This document shows, in pieces, positions 16,658-20,000 of a stretch of DNA of 20,000 nt. The notes beneath the pieces were generated by a model. That model was not told the DNA's origin, ran no database searches, and worked only from the letters and a program-made list of their open reading frames with translations. Every line of letters begins with the position of its first letter. Within the stretch, counting starts at the first letter, position 1. The stretch is taken from the IMG/VR virus record IMGVR_UViG_3300029998_000015; one strand, 5' to 3'. Made by a program: the position numbers and the translations under genes. This stretch comes from an uncultured virus (IMG/VR IMGVR_UViG_3300029998_000015). Lineage: Duplodnaviria > Heunggongvirae > Uroviricota > Caudoviricetes.

Positions 16658-17815
16658 ATGATAACAAAGTTTGAAAAATTTAAATTATTTGAAAGCTCAG
16701 ATAGTGCAAAATATGATTTGATTCATGATTTTTTAGATGATAGCTATATATATGATTATTATGATGAACATTATTTGAGTGATTATGATCAAAGTGATGT
16801 CGTAGATATAATAGAATCTAATCCAAATATAATATCAGGTGTTTTTGATAATGATAAATATATAAAAAGTATTATTAGAGATAGTATGAATAATCAAAAT
16901 ATTGGAGATTTCGATGCATATGAATATAAAGAATATATTAATAATCATTTAACAAGAGAAAAAGAAAACAAAATAATTGAGTTATATTATGATAATAATG
17001 ATGATGAAAATATGATTATTAAAACAGAATATGATGGTATAGTATCGATTTCAGACGAAGACGGAGTAAAAACGGTTATGATTACTGAAGATGATACTAC
17101 TGAGGAATATGAAATTCCTGATAATTTTAATATAGTAGTTGAAGAAGGTGATGAAATTAATTATAATACTATTATTGCAAGAAATGATGATATTGAATAT
17201 GATTCTGATATGATAGATGACTTAGATTCTGATCAATTAAAAGATATAATAACAGATGAAAATGAAGAAGGTGAGTTTTTAGAAGAAACTATTACAAAAA
17301 GATATGAGGATAAAACTTTCATAGAAATAATGGAAGAAGAGAAAAGTGTAGATTCTTATGAAGAATTAATTGATAATATGACTCCTAAAAAATTTTATGA
17401 ATATTATAGCTCTTTTATTGATATTGATAAACTTGTAAAAAATTATAAAAAATATGAAGATTCTGATAGTAAATATGATTGGGTGGAGTCTAAAATTCCA
17501 GATAGTATAGAAATTCAACATTATCTGATGGACAATTCTAAGGATTCAAATAATCTTACTTTGCTGCTATTTGAAATATTTGAAGATAAAGGTGATCACT
17601 CAGATGATATATCAGATGAGTATGAATTTCAAAAAAGATATATAGAAGAATATATAAAGGAAAATGGATATGATGATAGTACAGAAGATGAAAAAGGAGA
17701 TTTGATAGCTGAAGCTTTAAAAGATTTGAACTCCAATTTTGTATTAGATTCTCAAATAAAAACAGAATTTAATAAATATATGTTTATTGTAGATTCTGAT
17801 AAATTTAATATGTAA
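16658..17815 (+). CDS. Highly acidic protein with an inserted sandwich-barrel-hybrid-like domain, dual-tagged (MITKFEKFKLFE...DSDKFNM)
   Basis: D/E-rich throughout; segment TEYDGIVSI...EYEIPDNFNIVVEEGDEI. Confidence 0.8.
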   Translation: MITKFEKFKLFESSDSAKYDLIHDFLDDSYIYDYYDEHYLSDYDQSDVVDIIESNPNIISGVFDNDKYIKSIIRDSMNNQNIGDFDAYEYKEYINNHLTREKENKIIELYYDNNDDENMIIKTEYDGIVSISDEDGVKTVMITEDDTTEEYEIPDNFNIVVEEGDEINYNTIIARNDDIEYDSDMIDDLDSDQLKDIITDENEEGEFLEETITKRYEDKTFIEIMEEEKSVDSYEELIDNMTPKKFYEYYSSFIDIDKLVKNYKKYEDSDSKYDWVESKIPDSIEIQHYLMDNSKDSNNLTLLLFEIFEDKGDHSDDISDEYEFQKRYIEEYIKENGYDDSTEDEKGDLIAEALKDLNSNFVLDSQIKTEFNKYMFIVDSDKFNM

Positions 17816-17817
17816 AT

Positions 17818-18396
17818 ATGATAACAAATTTTAATATTTTTGAAAAAATTGATTATTATGATAATAATGGTAACCTTATATATTCGAATAATAATGGTGA
17901 TGTTATTAGATCTAATAAACCGAATGTTAATAATTATAGTGATGAATTTTGGAAATTTATAACTGTCGCTAATTGGAATAAAATAATTAAAACTAAGGAT
18001 GAATTTGAAAATAAAGATAAAGAAGAAGAATTAAAATTGAAAATAAGAGTATTCAAAAATTTTGAATACGATACCATTATAAATTTTAGAAAGGAATATG
18101 ATAAGTTAACAGAAGAACTTTATTTATATTTTAAACCTACTTGGTTAGATAATAAATATTCAACCTTTATGCCATCAGATGACGGATATTTTGACTTAAT
18201 AAGTTCTGTTATAGGAAAAGGAGAATTTTTTATTAAGAGATGTATAAATAATCACAAACTATTTGCTGATATGGCTAAAAATAATGAATATGTAGAAAAC
18301 TTTGGATATATTTTTCAAACCACTTGGAAAGAATATGATGAAATTAATACTAAATATTATCCTTTATATAGAGATTCTAAAAAATTTAATTTATAA
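17818..18396 (+). CDS. DUF4240-like protein, dual-tagged (MITNFNIFE...DSKKFNL)
   Basis: DEFWKFI...SDDGYFDLISSVIGKG...ENFGY pattern; family recalled from memory, moderate certainty. Confidence 0.6.
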   Translation: MITNFNIFEKIDYYDNNGNLIYSNNNGDVIRSNKPNVNNYSDEFWKFITVANWNKIIKTKDEFENKDKEEELKLKIRVFKNFEYDTIINFRKEYDKLTEELYLYFKPTWLDNKYSTFMPSDDGYFDLISSVIGKGEFFIKRCINNHKLFADMAKNNEYVENFGYIFQTTWKEYDEINTKYYPLYRDSKKFNL

Positions 18397-18427
18397 AAAA
18401 AGAGTAGATTTTAATCTACTCTTTTTT
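18396..18427. terminator. Bidirectional intrinsic terminator
   Basis: AAAAAAGAGTAGATT-TT-AATCTACTCTTTTTT perfect inverted repeat between convergent genes. Confidence 0.85.
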
Positions 18428-18428
18428 A

Positions 18429-20000
<1,572 letters not shown>

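Noticed and set aside
13519..18396. C-terminal tag as a type IX secretion CTD or BAM beta-signal
   Set aside because: No signal peptides, no 70-80 aa CTD and no terminal Phe; the shared motif is only about 12 aa

Overview
Very AT-rich, densely packed, standard-code DNA. It looks like a segment of a large (jumbo/huge) tailed phage genome, probably infecting Bacteroidota: TAnnTTTG-type promoters are present and Shine-Dalgarno motifs are not evident. No capsid or terminase gene lies in the window, so the phage call is inference. The left arm (1-7927, minus strand) holds accessory genes: pol-beta-type nucleotidyltransferase, MazG-like pyrophosphatase, ATP-grasp, Nudix, GNAT-like, thioredoxin, DUF4241-like and small Cys-rich ORFs. 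The centre (8021-13490, plus) encodes two paralogous MoxR-like AAA+ ATPases with unusual N-terminal extensions and a HExxH-metallopeptidase/VWA partner with a (PGQGQ)8 linker. Right of this (13519-18396) lie seven mostly unrelated proteins that all end in the same C-terminal tag, [DN]-x-x-K-[FY]-N-[ILVM]-stop. They also begin with a short M-K/I..[FY]E leader resembling a phage capsid-targeting peptide. This dual-tagged set beside an AAA+/VWA-protease module, under a shared TATATA upstream motif, is the best candidate for an undescribed system (virion cargo sorting, processing or ejection). The window ends with a GT25 glycosyltransferase and a truncated 9-aa-repeat beta-solenoid gene.
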